64,000 nt of DNA from Eledone cirrhosa (GCA_964016885.1 CAXHJY010001242.1:1-64000); one strand, 5' to 3'; positions 48,270 to 61,300 are shown, counted from the stretch's first letter. The notes: a model not told the origin generated them from the letters alone. Made by a program: numbers and translations.

Positions 48270-51205
48270 TTCAATGATGTTCCAGAACAATATAAAAGAG
48301 ATAATTGGCAATTTAGGTTCTGGAACAAAAAAGATAATTAGCAATAAGGGCAGGGGCCCCAGGTTTTCACAGCCTGGGCCCGCTCGTCATCGTGCCATTG
48401 TAATAGAGCCAAACAAGTCATTGAGTCTTGGCTGCTGGAACGTACGGACGCTGCTTGACAGGGATTCCTTGGAGCGTCCTGAACGAAGGACTGCTCTTGT
48501 TGCAAAGGAGCTTCGACGTTACGATCTTGACATCGTGGCTTTATCTGAGACGAGGTTAGCTGGAGATGGTCATCTTACAGAATTTTATGGAGAATATAGA
48601 TTCTTCTGGAAAGGAAGAGATGAAGGAACCAGAAGATAGGCTGGGGTAGGATTTGCTGTTAAGATTGTTCTTGTGAATAAATTAGAAGAATTCCCAGTAG
48701 GGATTAGTGAGCATCTTATGTCCATGAGAATTCCGCTGGACAAAGGAAGTTATGCGACCCTGGTGAGTGTGTATGCTCCAACTATGAATTCTGTCGATGA
48801 AGAAAAAGTGTCCTCTTACAATGCCTTGAAAGGTGTTTTAAGAAATATCCCTCAGGCAGACAAAGTCATCGTGCTTGGTGACTTTAATGCTAGAGTGGGT
48901 AGGGATTTTAACACATGGAATGTAATCGGAATGCATGAGGTGGGAAAGTGTAACAACAACGGTATGCTCCTGCTGCAGATGTGTGAGGAGCTTGATCTGT
49001 CTGTTACCAACACCATGTTTCAACAAAAGAACAAATTCAAGACCACATGAATGCATCTTGCATCTAAGGAATGGCATATTTTGGACTACGTCCTAGTCAG
49101 GATGCGTGACAGACAGGATGTGCAGTGTGTTCGTGCTCTTCGTGGAGCTGAGTACTGGACGGACCACCGCCTGGTACGCGCAAAAGTGAAACTAATCACT
49201 AAACGTAAAATCCGGGCTCTTGGTGTTGCCCTGCCCAAAAGATTGAATGCTGCTCGTCTTAAGGATAAACATGTGAAGAGGACATTGGAAGAAGAGATGC
49301 AGGCTGCAGATCTTAGTGAGGATTGGCCGACCCTTAAAAAGGCGGTTTATGATGTAGGCAGGCGTGTTCTGGGATTGGTGCAGAGAAAACATCAGGACTG
49401 GTTTAATGAGAATGATGTACATATAGAAGACTTGTTGGCTGATAAGAGGCGTGCTCTGTCATGCTACTTGACGTCAAAACCACACGAGAGGAATACGTTG
49501 CATGAGAAACTCAAGGATGTAAAATCACGTGTTAGGCGGAGTCTTTCTCAGATGAAGGATCAGTGGTGGAGTGAGAAGGCTGGTGAGATACAAACTGCGT
49601 CAGATTCCAATAACACAAAGCTGTTGTACAGTCTCTTGCGTGAGGTTTATGGACCGTCTTCTTCTCTGGTGACACCGCTTCGCAGCAAAGATGGCAAAGA
49701 ACTTCTTCGTGACTCACAAGGAATTCTACGAAGGTGGCGAGAGCACTTTGATGATCTTTTAAATCAGCCGTCTGTCGTCAGTGAAGATTTCCTCAATCTC
49801 ATTCCAGAAAGTCCTGTGAAAGTAGCTCTCGCAGAACCTCCGACGCTTGTGGAGGTTGCAGTGGATATCTCGAAATTGAACAGTGGAACGTCTCCAGGTA
49901 TGGATGGCTTACATGCTGAGCTCCTGCAATATGGTGGTGAGAGACACCTGCAACAACTTCACTATTTGTTTGGCAGGATATGGGCTAATGAATCCGTACC
50001 TGAGGACTGGAGAGATGCAATGGTGGTCTTGTACAAGGGAAAGGGTAACAGGAATGATTGTGGGAACTAGAGAGGTATATCATTGCTTTCTGTCGTAGGG
50101 AAAGTTTTATGTAGGGTGCTTCTGGACCGTCTGCTGACACACAATGCAGATTGTGTTCTTCCTGAAAGTCAAGCTGGTTTTCGTGCTGGACGCGGCATAC
50201 TGATATGATCTTCTCAGCTAGACAGCTCCAGGAGAAGTGCATGGAACAAGGTTTGGATCTGTATCAGGTTTTTGTCGATCTGACAAAAGCTTTCGATACT
50301 GTTAACAGAGATGCATTATGGAAGGTTCTCCAGAAACTTGGTTGCCCTGATAAGTTCCTTGCTTTAGTTAGGTCTTTCCATGACGACATGAAGGCTTGGG
50401 TTAATGTCGGAGGTAACATGTCGCAGCCTATCTCAGTAAAAAATGGAGTGAAACAGGGGGATATTCCAGCACCGTCCCTGTTTGCCATATACTTTGCAAT
50501 GATTTTCTGTATTGAATTCAGGAATTGCGAGCACGGTGTTTGCATCCGATATCGAACCTCAGGCAGCATATTTAACATCAGGCGTTTTGCTGCAAAGACA
50601 AAAGTATTTACATCAATCATAAGCGACCTCTTGTATGCGGATGATTGCGATCTTGTAGCGCACACAGATATGCAGCACATTTTGAATGCATTTTCTGACG
50701 CTTGCACTGCCCTAGGATTGACTGTCGGTCTCAAGAAAAACGTCGTCATGTACCAACCTGCCCCTGGTAAGCAGTACACTGTACTAAATATCTATGTGTA
50801 TGGTAAACGACTTGGAGTGGTTGATCAGGTTGTCTACCTGGGAAGCACTGTCAATCGATACAGCAACCTTGATAGTGAAATCTCACTTAGGATTAGGAAA
50901 GCAAGTGAATGTTTTGGTTGCTGACTCTGTGCAAGATATTTCAGATCATTGGCTGGGCTAAAAAGCCACATTCGATCGCAGCGCTGTTATATATGTATAT
51001 GTATATTATTATTGTTGTTGTTGTCGTTATTATTATTGTTATTATTATTATTATTATTGTTATTAATATATCTGTATGTATATGTATGTGTATGTATATA
51101 TGTGTGTGTATGTATGTGTGTATATATGTATATATTTTTTTTTTCTCGTGCAATGGCGATACTCGATAACGAGGGGGCAGCCATCATGTATGTATGTATG
51201 AATGT
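48270..51205 (+). mobile_element. RTE-clade LINE (APE + RT), degenerate, with internal deletion between RT and the C-terminal zinc finger
   Basis: GCWNVRTL, IVALSETR, VLGDFNARVG, LDY, TDH (APE); DLTKAFD, GVKQGD, LLYADD (RT); abrupt jump at ~50920 to FRSLAGLKSHIRS; tail actcgataacgagggggcagccatc(atgt)n. Confidence 0.92.
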
Positions 51206-51209
51206 ATGA

Positions 51210-51516
51210 ATGGCCATCCAAAATCACCGGGAGAGATGACCCCTTAGCCTTTGTTAAGGCAGAATTCTAGGAGAAGGAAAACTCTGATATAACACCTGCA
51301 ACCCTGATGGTATCCAATGATGTTGACTTCTTCTTTTTGGTAAATATCATCTTGGTTAAGAGAGTGGGACTGACTTTGTGCAGTGCCTTTGCTCACTATG
51401 AAAGCTTCACGGCACAGGCATTGCTTTATATCTAGAGATCTCTCTGCACTTGTCGTCACATGGTACCATGGGCCCAGCACTATGTGTCAATAATGGTCAC
51501 AAGTGTAGTGTTTGTA

Positions 51517-51518
<2 letters not shown>
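51210..51518 (+). mobile_element. Third copy of the RTE-derived non-autonomous element, 3'-interrupted by (TA)n
   Basis: Matches 39085-39378. Confidence 0.75.
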
Positions 51519-51585
<67 letters not shown>

Positions 51586-51589
<4 letters not shown>

Positions 51590-52591
51590 AACAAGTAGGA
51601 CCCCGACGGCTCAGCAAAACCCGTTTCGACGGCTAATTCTGGACTAAATGAAAATGTTTAGCCTGGTAAATGAATAGCCGAACTCTTCAGGGGGTAATCC
51701 ATATATGGTAAAAGTGATTGTCACATAGATTGGTCAAAAGTTTATTGTTAAGACACATAATTCTATCATGGCATTTTGGAAGGTAGGGGTAGCTGAACTT
51801 GCTTGTAGAAGAAAGAGAGAGAGGGAGTGGAGGAAACCTAGTCAAGCGTTGAAAGTGAAAACTACAGCATATTCGAAGGATAGTGTATAGAAGGTCGAAA
51901 AAGGTATACTAGAAAAGGGGAGGGGGGAGGAAGTTGAAACAATAAGTAAATCTAAATGGTTAAATATATAGAAAATATAAAAAATATAAAGAATATAACA
52001 AAAAAAAACAATTTCTGTTACTAGTCCCCTTCGACAATCCTCAAATCTCTCACTGGTACTGCTAAGCTATAGAAAAGTTTTTATTTTTTATTTATTTTTA
52101 TGTTTTTAATATTTTTTATATTTTTCTATATATTTACTCCATTTAGATTTACTTATTGTTTCAACTTCCTCCCCCTCCCCTTCTCTAGTATACTTTTTTC
52201 GACCTTCTATACACTATCCTTAGAATCTGCTGTAGTTTCCACTTTCAACGCTTGACTGGGTTTCCTCAACTCCCTCTACCTCTTTCTTCTACTGGCAAGT
52301 TCAGCTACCCCTACCTTCCACAAAATGCCATGATTGAATCATGTGTCTTAACAACAAACTTTTGACCAATCCTTGTGACAATCACATTTACCATATATGG
52401 AATTAAACCCTGAGAAGTTCGGCTATTCATTTACCAGGCTAAAAATGTTCATTTAGTCCAGAATTAGCCGTCAAACGGCTTCAGCTCAGCCGTCGGGGTC
52501 CTACTTGTTCCTATTACCCACTCTACTACACTAAGTATTGAGTACTTTGGTGCGTTATGGTCCATCTGGTTCCTTACCACATTTCCTGCGT
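51586..52591 (+). mobile_element. Non-coding PLE-type element with ~420-bp diverged inverted arms, hammerhead family 5
   Basis: 51586-~52005 is the reverse complement of ~52085-52514, followed by a unique tail to 52591; TA flanks. Confidence 0.78.
51600..51695 (-). ncRNA. Type I hammerhead with full stem III and GUC site (family 5); plus-strand copy at 52405-52499 has a mutated core
   Basis: Reverse complement: acccc CTGAAGA gtt-cggcta...tagccg-tc GAAA cgg...ccg TC ggggt. Other copies show stem III acggct/agc(c/t)gt. Confidence 0.78.
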
Positions 52592-52610
52592 TATATATAT
52601 ATATATATTA

Positions 52611-53828
52611 CAGGGAAAAATGCGGGCGCATGTAAAGAAATATTCTTAAATTAATAAACCTAGAAAAGTAAAGGACAAGTTATTACACCTGGAAAAGTAA
52701 AGGACAAGAAAACTTCTTAAAGCTTCTTAAAATATTGCAGCTATAGTATAAATTTGAATAATAAAAAATATTTGATTTAAATATACATAGAAAGTGATAA
52801 ATTCTAATAATACAGTTGACTCTCTAATTGATAATAATACTAATTTATGATCATTTATTTAATTTTGTGATCCTAATTTACAGCATAGTGGTTGGGTCAT
52901 TAAATAAATATACTTTATTTTACTTTACTAAATGGGACTGAAAAAATGAGTGACAATTATAAACATCAAATAAAACAAAATTTTGGCGTGTAAATGACAC
53001 TAACAATTAATTAATAATTAATTAGGGAGCCAACTGTAATGATAAATAATAACAAATTATAATTGTTTAATAATGAAATTTAAGACCTGTCAGAGATCAA
53101 AATAACCAATCTACATTTTTAGGTAGAGTAAAATTAGACTACAATTAAAAATTAAACATTGTCTAATACAACAGTTCTTCTAATGAATTGATGAATTCAC
53201 TATAATTGATTGATTCACTATAAATGAATAATTGATGAATTGACTTTTACCTAATTTTGCCCCTTGAGATGTTGAATTTAACTATATTCTAAAAGAACTC
53301 TGTAATACTCATAAAAAGTGCAATTATATGATGCACTGTTTTTGATATATTTTACTGCATTATTTTATAACTAAATTTTTTAAAAATATAATTTGATTAA
53401 GAGTGAACATTTTTAAATATCTTATAATATAAATTAATAAATTGTACATATTAATTATTATTATTATTATTTATTAATTATTGTACAAATTATTGTACAA
53501 ATTATTGTACACATTTTATTTTAAAAAGATTAATTTGTATACACCAAGAAAAAAATTAAGTATACAGTAGTCAACTCTCCCTATAAGACAGTCATTTTTC
53601 CAGTCCTTTAAAGTGATATTTTTTTAACAATTAATTTATAATTATTTATTTTTAGTTTTATAATCTAAATATTTTTCTTCAAATTTAGACTTTAGCTGCA
53701 ATATTTTAAGAAGTTTTAAGAAGAAGTTTTCTTGTCCTTTACTTTTCCAGGTGTAATAACTTGTCCTTTACTTTTCTAGGTTTATTAATTTAAGAATATT
53801 TCTTTACATGCGCCCGCATTTTTCCGTC
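52611..53828. mobile_element. Non-autonomous DNA transposon with ~135-bp TIRs
   Basis: ggaaaaatgcgggcgcatgtaaag...aatattgcagcta (52614-52743) is the reverse complement of 53694-53825; internal subrepeat gaaaagtaaaggacaag; AT-rich interior without an ORF. Confidence 0.85.
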
Positions 53829-53941
53829 ATCCACTTTTTTCCAGGCAATGCAAGGATATTATATTAATATTAAAAATATTTATCAACAAATAAGTTAAAT
53901 AAATAATAATGAATAGGAAGAAGTGCAGAGAGGAAAAAGTA

Positions 53942-54001
53942 ATCAGGGTGGGAATCGAACCCACGACCGGTCCGCTGCTCTACTGACTGAGCTACCTGAC
54001 C
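53942..54001 (-). pseudogene. tRNA-like sequence lacking the anticodon loop (tRNA pseudogene or SINE head)
   Basis: Reverse complement ggtcagg-ta-gctc agtcagta gagc-agcggacc-ggtc-gtggg ttcgatt cccac-cctgatt: acceptor, D and T arms pair; followed by TTTTT. Confidence 0.7.
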
Positions 54002-54354
54002 ACAATTCGCTATTGCACAATCTATCACTATTTTAATGTATTAGAAATTAGAAACAAACTAAGCGTTACTTATGTATGTAGTTCCTTACACTCTTTTGGT
54101 CCTCACTTATTTTTATGTAACTTTTTTCTACTGAACCAAATTTCAATATTTTTATGTCATAAAGTAGCTTATCTGTGGTCCTATGAAGTGCAAAAAACCG
54201 CATCCAATTCTATCAAAAGTTGAATTAGTGACAAAGATTTGAAGGTGTCGCGAGTGACCGAAATGGGACCTTAAGAATAATATACACCTACTACCGTAGG
54301 TGTATGATATATATATACATATATATACACATATATATATATATATATATATAC

Positions 54355-54424
<70 letters not shown>

Positions 54425-54512
54425 TATACACACACATATATATATATATATACATATATATACACACATATATATATATATATACATATATATACACACA
54501 TATATATATATA

Positions 54513-54596
<84 letters not shown>

Positions 54597-54646
54597 TATA
54601 CACACATATATATATACATATATATATATATTTATATATACCCTCA

Positions 54647-55636
54647 TGCATATATTCCTATGGACTATGTGTAGGCTTCTACATAACCTGGACATTATTT
54701 TCCCAACTTGTAGAAAACTTATAATGAAACGATCGTTTGGAAAGAGGGATGTATTTATTTGTGTCTCATATAAAATAATACAACTGGCTATCCGCAAAAT
54801 ACGTATAGTTAGCACCCCAAACGTATAATTGGGGTTATACTAAGGTATATCCTAATGTTTGTTGAATGAGACGGAAGTCGGTCGGAGTATTGCTTAAAGC
54901 TTTCTCTGTTAATGTATTAAATATTATATTCTTGAATTGACCAGAGATGAAAATTTCCAAATATTTTTTAGGTATGACTTTCTTTATTTATTCTTTGTAT
55001 GAAATATTGATTGTTTTTCCAGTATCTTGTCTCTGTTTTTAGCCTGAGAAAATAACTATATGCATGTATAAATAATACATGCATTGATATAATTTTTTAT
55101 ATACAATTGAGTTCTTCACGCAAGGTTAAAATTCTTGATAGAATTAATTGACCTGCGTGCATATTATTTAATCTTTTTATGTTTTGCGATGACCTCCCCT
55201 TCCCGCTTGGTGACGGTGTGATATTCCTCTTTGTGAGACTGCTGGAATTTCAAATTTGGCGGTATTCTAGCACTGACGGGTACCATCGCTGAATGTTAAT
55301 ATCGGTAGGTTTTTTTTATATCGATATTGTTGGGTATCCACTGATGATTTATAAGTGCCCACCTGCATATATTCCTATGGACTATGTGTAGGCTTCTACA
55401 TAACCTGGAGATTATGTTCCCAACTTGTAGAAAACTTATAATGAAACGATCGTTTGGAAAGGGGTATGTATTTAATTGTGTCTTATATAAAATAATACAA
55501 CTGGTTATCCGCAAAATACGTAGAGTTAGCACCCAAACGTATCATTGGGGTTATACTAAGGTATATCCTAATGTTTGTTGAGTGAGACGGAAGTCGGTCG
55601 GAGTATTGCTTAAAGCTTTCTCTGTTAATGTATTAA

Positions 55637-55638
<2 letters not shown>
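54647..55638 (+). mobile_element. Non-coding pLTR-bounded element (275-bp direct repeats 54647-54921 and 55364-55638, period 717 bp), hammerhead family 6
   Basis: Direct repeats, (TA)n on both flanks, no credible ORF. Confidence 0.78.
55337..55458 (+). ncRNA. Type I hammerhead with branched stem II (family 6)
   Basis: tcca CTGATGA t-ttataagt [cctgcatata/tatgtgtagg hairpin][ttctaca/tgtagaa hairpin] acttataa-t GAAA cgatcg TT tgga. Confidence 0.72.
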
Positions 55639-55682
<44 letters not shown>

Positions 55683-55923
55683 CGCCGAAACATCCGTGAT
55701 CCGGAGTAAACTGTCCACCTGTCTTTTGTGTCCCCTTATCTTCTAACACCCGCTATCAGTAACCACAAACCCTGCTCGAATCCATATTATATATTCATGA
55801 ATTCAACCATCGTTCCTTACATACATGATGGCTGCCCTCACATGGTATGGCTGCCCCCACATGGTATGGCTGCCCCCACATGGCCGTGCACGATATACCA
55901 TTATTGATAATTATTAATGTATA

Positions 55924-56110
55924 GTGGTGGCTTGGCAGTATCGGTAGAGAGTCGGACGCCATATTTTGACGCATAGAGTTACGGCCCTTGCCATTCTGAG
56001 TTCAAATCCCGCCGAGGTTAACTTTGCCTTTCATCCTTATGGGGTCGATAAAATAAAATACCAGTAATACACTGGGTATTTGCTGGCCTTGTGCCAAAAG
56101 TAGAAACAAT
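55924..56110 (+). mobile_element. tRNA-derived SINE with Meta-domain-like core
   Basis: tggcagtatcggtagag, gagttcaaatccc B box, gcctttcatccttatggggtcgataaaataaaataccag. Confidence 0.8.
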
Positions 56111-56140
56111 TATTGATAATTATTGATTAATTCATTCTAT

Positions 56141-56398
56141 CGTGCAATGCCTGTGCGTGAAGATGTTTATTAAAGTGAGGAAAGACTGTGCACTGAGCCA
56201 ATCCCACTCTCTGAGCGACAGTAGCTATAACCCGAAAAGAATAAAAGATCAACATCATCGGTAACTACTGAGCCGCAGGTTTTATGTCGGAGTTATCCCA
56301 GTTTCCTGAGTTGCCTTCTCCTAGAAGAATGCCAAGAAAAAAGCTAGGGGTCTTCACTCCCAGTGGTTTACCACGCGATCGGGTATCCAGCCCCACTA
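56141..56398 (-). mobile_element. RTE-5'-derived SINE-like element (second family)
   Basis: Reverse complement contains gggagtgaagacccctagc...ctaggagaaggcaactc...agagagtgggattggct...gcacaggcattgc, shared with the 39066 family. Confidence 0.7.
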
Positions 56399-56549
56399 TT
56401 TCTATGTCTTCGCGCATATGCATACACATGGACACATGCATATACATATACATATATATATATGTACATGTGTATATACATATTTATATACCTACATATA
56501 TGTGTTCTATATAGGGTTATATACGGTAATAGTATTTTAACTAGCATTA

Positions 56550-56750
56550 GGGCGGTGGATTGGGTGGATTGGCAGTACTTGTATAGGGTCGGACGCCATG
56601 CTTTGAAGCATAGAGTTACCTCCCTTTATGATCTGAGTTCAAATCCCGCCGAGGTTAACTTTGCGTTTCATCCTTACGGGGTCGATAAAATAAAGTACCA
56701 GTAATGCACTGGGATAATTGCTGGGTTTGTGCCACAAGTAGAAACAAGTA
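56550..56750 (+). mobile_element. tRNA-derived SINE with Meta-domain-like core
   Basis: Same family as 55924-56110. Confidence 0.8.
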
Positions 56751-57303
56751 TTTTAACTAGCATCGTGCGTTGCTAAAGAAAGCAAGCGGCACAAACCTGA
56801 GCGTTTGTTATGCATTACAATTCATCAACCGAGATGTTTTGTCCGCTGGAACAAAAGAAGTTAATTTACTATGGAGAATGTTCACGAAATTGGAGGAAAA
56901 GAAAACTAATTAAAAAGAATGTACATGTTGCGCAGTGTTAAGAGAGTTATCGAAAATTCATCACGAGTCTCCCTATTACATACTGACCAATGAATAAGAA
57001 AGCTTATTCTGAATACTTTTCATAAACACACGATTTAAACCACTAGAGTTATCATTGATATGGAAAGCATCAGAAAATGAGTAAAACATAATCAACTAAC
57101 AATGAAGGGACTCATACATTGTAAGATACAACCGTGTATTTCTAAAAGCTGGGTGTACTCGATTAGGTTTTCACCAAGCATATGCAGTATATGGTGCTAG
57201 GGACAACATAGGACTTTGTTTTTCCCCTCTCTAACTATCTCATATACATAGGCCGAAACATCCAATCATACAGAATTGCTTGCACACACTCACAATTTGT
57301 ATG

Positions 57304-57342
<39 letters not shown>

Positions 57343-57354
57343 TATTTTACTATT

Positions 57355-58030
57355 GTATCTGTTCCAGCCATCCGGCTGAGGCCATGCTGGCGCACCACCC
57401 TCGTTGCTACACATTCTATCTCCAGCATATGTTGGTTGGCCATTGGTGTAAGAGGGAGTCCGTTGCTACTGCCATTAGTTTACATTCGTACCGTGCTGCG
57501 GGCTCATCCAGGATCCTGGATATCAGGCTGTCGAGATGTTTCTTGAAAGCACCCACGTCCACACCATGAAGATCTCTCATATTCCTTGGTAGCTTGTTGA
57601 AGAGTTGAAGGCATTTGAACCCAGGGCTATTGCAATATCTACTCCGTACGTATTCTAGATGTGGAAAACGGGACATTTGGCACCACAAGGTGACGTCCTG
57701 TTCGGGGGTTGGTCCATCGTTCAATGCCAAAGTTAGGTGCTAATCCCTCCAGGATTTTCCATAAGTTTATCACTGCGTATATCTCCCGTCTTCGTTCCAA
57801 GGAGTAGAGTTTCAATTCCTTTAGCCACTCCCTGTAGCTCATCTCCTTCGTTGTGGCAATCCTCTTGGTGTAGCCTCGTTGAATTGCCTCAAGCCCCGTG
57901 GTTAGTTTGATAGTATGGGGTGACCACAGCTGGGAACAATAATCCAGGTGGCTTAGGAAAAATGTCCTCCATAGTATCAGCATGGTCTCTCGGTCTCTTG
58001 TCCGGAAGTCTACAAGATCCAGCCAGCGAT
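57355..58030 (-). mobile_element. 3' fragment of a CR1/L2-group LINE
   Basis: LDYCSQLWSP...LEAIQR.YTK...YRE.LKELKLYSLERRR and downstream LFNKLP...FKKHLD motifs. Confidence 0.85.
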
Positions 58031-58134
58031 TCGTCTGCACATTGTCGCCTCATTCATTATATGTGAAGAAAAATATGCATCGTCGATCATGTCTATTCCC
58101 AGGTCTCGTATCGATTTCGACACGGGAATTTCGA

Positions 58135-58282
58135 TGTGGATTGGCAGTATCAGTAGAGGTTCTGATGCCATGCTTTGCAGCAAAGAGTTACGGTCCTTTA
58201 TGGTCTGAGTTCAAATCCCGCCGAGGTCAACTTTGCCTTTCATCCTTACGAGGTCGAAAGATAAAGCACAAGTAATACACTG
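58135..58282 (+). mobile_element. tRNA-derived SINE with Meta-domain-like core
   Basis: Same family as 55924-56110. Confidence 0.75.
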
Positions 58283-58323
58283 TGCCATATATATGTATAT
58301 ATGTGTCTGTATGTATGAATGAT

Positions 58324-58362
<39 letters not shown>

Positions 58363-61300
58363 GCAAGCATTCATAGACACACATGCACACGCAGAGATAA
58401 TTTATTAAATATTTACTAGCCTATCTGGCTTCAACAATTGATTGCCCAATTCAACATGCTTCGTATTAAATGTAAATCGTTCTAAAAGGAACACCCGCTG
58501 TGAGCACCCATGCTGATATAATTTCATATAAATAATAAAGAAACTGTAATTTTTATTAAATTCAAATATAAATCCATATCACAATATACGAATATTTTAC
58601 TTGGTGATTATATCACAACAAACTCATCATAAGTCTAATAGCTGTAGACACATGCATTTCCTTGTCGTTTCAAACGATCAGCACTCGGATAATTATACAG
58701 TGACACAGACCTATGAAGGTTTATCAGACCTATATGTTTTTCTAGCAAACTAATCTTAGTGAAAAAGGATTTACATATGTAGCAAGCTGCACCCTAACGC
58801 AAATAGATGCATATATAAATTCATATACACAATATTAACGTATAATAAACATACATTTAATCTCGTGCTGCGTAGTTTAATATGTCACTGCTCATTCTGC
58901 ATCTGAGTAAAATTAGTGCATGCTTTTATATTATTTCCCGGTTAAATCACCAGGATTCGAGGTTATTTTCATAACCTTACGACTGTCTGTTATTTCGTTT
59001 TCATAGTCGGCATTTCTACCCGCTTGTTTTCGCTTTCCCCAGTTTCCTTTATATTTCAGTAAAATGTCATCACTATTATAGTTTCTGAACTGATGGAAGC
59101 AAATAGGTCTATTTTAGCCGACAGAAAAAGCAATTCTCCATTCATGACTAGGTGCAATTCTGATGTTTTAATTCGCTCATTAACGATATCTGTTTCATCA
59201 TCTAACAAAGATTGCTGAAGGGTAAGTCATGGAGTTTGCCATCTATTCAGGGGACTATGCATAAAAAGACGAAAAGTCTCGCGGTAAAGGATGAGAAACA
59301 AATCAGGAAATAAAGGAAAGAAATATGTGATATAGGGAAAGAAACTCTGGTCTTTATTAAACGTTTTCCTTCGGTAAGAGGCAAATATTGAAAATTATTC
59401 AGTGAGAGGAAAAAAGATAACAATATCATGAAGAAAGCAAACACTTAACATAAAGATGCTAGATTCATGGTGAAGGGATTGATGCTAGTGTAATAAATTT
59501 AAGCCCGTTGTGGGTATGAAGGGTTGCATATAAAATAAATGCGTGATAAGTTGAGAGATTTTATGGTTGAGAATATTGCAAAAGATTTATGAGGGACTGA
59601 GAACTTGTAAACTATTACTAAGGTGGGATTTGTTTCCGTTTAACCTTGCCGGATGTAGATCTGTTGGCTAGTCTTTTTAGTAAGATAGTAACTATATTTT
59701 TCTAACGTAAACTGCTGTTGAATATCTCAAAAACCTCAAATATGTTTCATGTTTTCCGCTGCTTTACGTTTTATAATATCAGTGATTTGTGTGCACAATA
59801 GCTCGAATATATGACGTACATTTCAGCAAGCTTTGTTAGCAAACGAAAGCATTTGTTAGAAAAGTAATATCGTCGCAACGATTTTAAATAAATAGGTATT
59901 AGCACTGTATGTACAAACATAACGCTCTTGAAATTTTCGCAGACTATGTCAACAAACATGTAAGATAGAACGGGACAAACCAACAGCAACGGCTTCATTA
60001 TTATAAAACCTCGCCTTAAATAGACAGGTTTTGTTCACCGTATAAATAGCACGAGGTTGCCTTGTAATATCATTTACAACGGACTCAACACGGATACAAT
60101 ATCACTCGGATACCCTAAACGACGCTTTAAACCAATAGTAATAGACGAGGATGATTACAAGCATAGATGTTCTACAAACAACACGCAGAAAACAGAAAAA
60201 AAATAACGTTATTTTGTCAAAATCTGTTCACAAAATTTTAAAGAAAATTATCAAAGAATTAAAAAGCAAAATGTGCCACTAGAAAAGTTTCGCTAACTCC
60301 ACCAAGACCTACACCAGCCATCATATGTGGATAATGTTTTCATGCAAAAATCGGATTTCCAGCCTCCAATAGCACCGCCATGAATGAGTGATACAATACT
60401 TATCACACGCACATATACGTATAAATATGTGTGTATGTGGGCATATACCTGTTTGTATTTTCGTGTATGCTTGTACGTAAAATCTGTATTCGTTTACCCA
60501 TTGATTCAAAACGTGAGAAATAAACGTGTTGTTTATGACAATTCACATATATAGAATGGTGTGTCACATGGTATTAATATGTATATAAGCAAAGACAATA
60601 TAGTGTTATGATGCGACCACTTTTAAAAAATACATCAAGCATATTCCTTCTCACTATTTCACGACTGGCCTCAGATGCACAAACATGCGTTTACAAACAC
60701 AAACACCTATGCAATTTATATACACGTGTGTGCTTGAATTGATGTATATTTGTGTATTAAAATACATATGCTATTCTATAGATTAAAAACTGAAATATAT
60801 TATTGGATTTATAAACACTTAAACTATTAACATTGCCTTTAACTATCCAGCTTCAAATAGATTTTCAATCATCGGACCCAGGATGATCGCAACTAATTTT
60901 GTCATAGAATTATTCTCTGAGCATTGATAGAAGTATTTTATAAATATTAATATATATTCGTATGCATATATATATACACATGCAACTGCCCACATGCTCA
61001 CAAACGGTGTTCAGGTGTGAATGTCTGTGTGCATGTAATTATACATTTCTAAAGAAGTAAATTAAAGCTCATATAAAACTAGTGGTAATATCATGCATAG
61101 CGGTTCAAATATTTTATGTGTGTGAATTGTTTTCTCCAGTATTTAAAATAATGTAGCTGTCTCGTTAATTGACACAGCAAAACTATAATAAATTTCTGCA
61201 AAATATTTCCTCTCAGAAATAATCGGTGGAAAATTGGCTATTCTTCTGTGAGATAGAGATATTTTTAGGTTTTGTGAATTACGCTTTCTTTAACTGGAGA

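Noticed and set aside
55824-55885. Three 19-bp repeats as a CRISPR-like array
   Set aside because: No spacers, eukaryotic context; a tandem amplification of the RTE tail motif on the minus strand.
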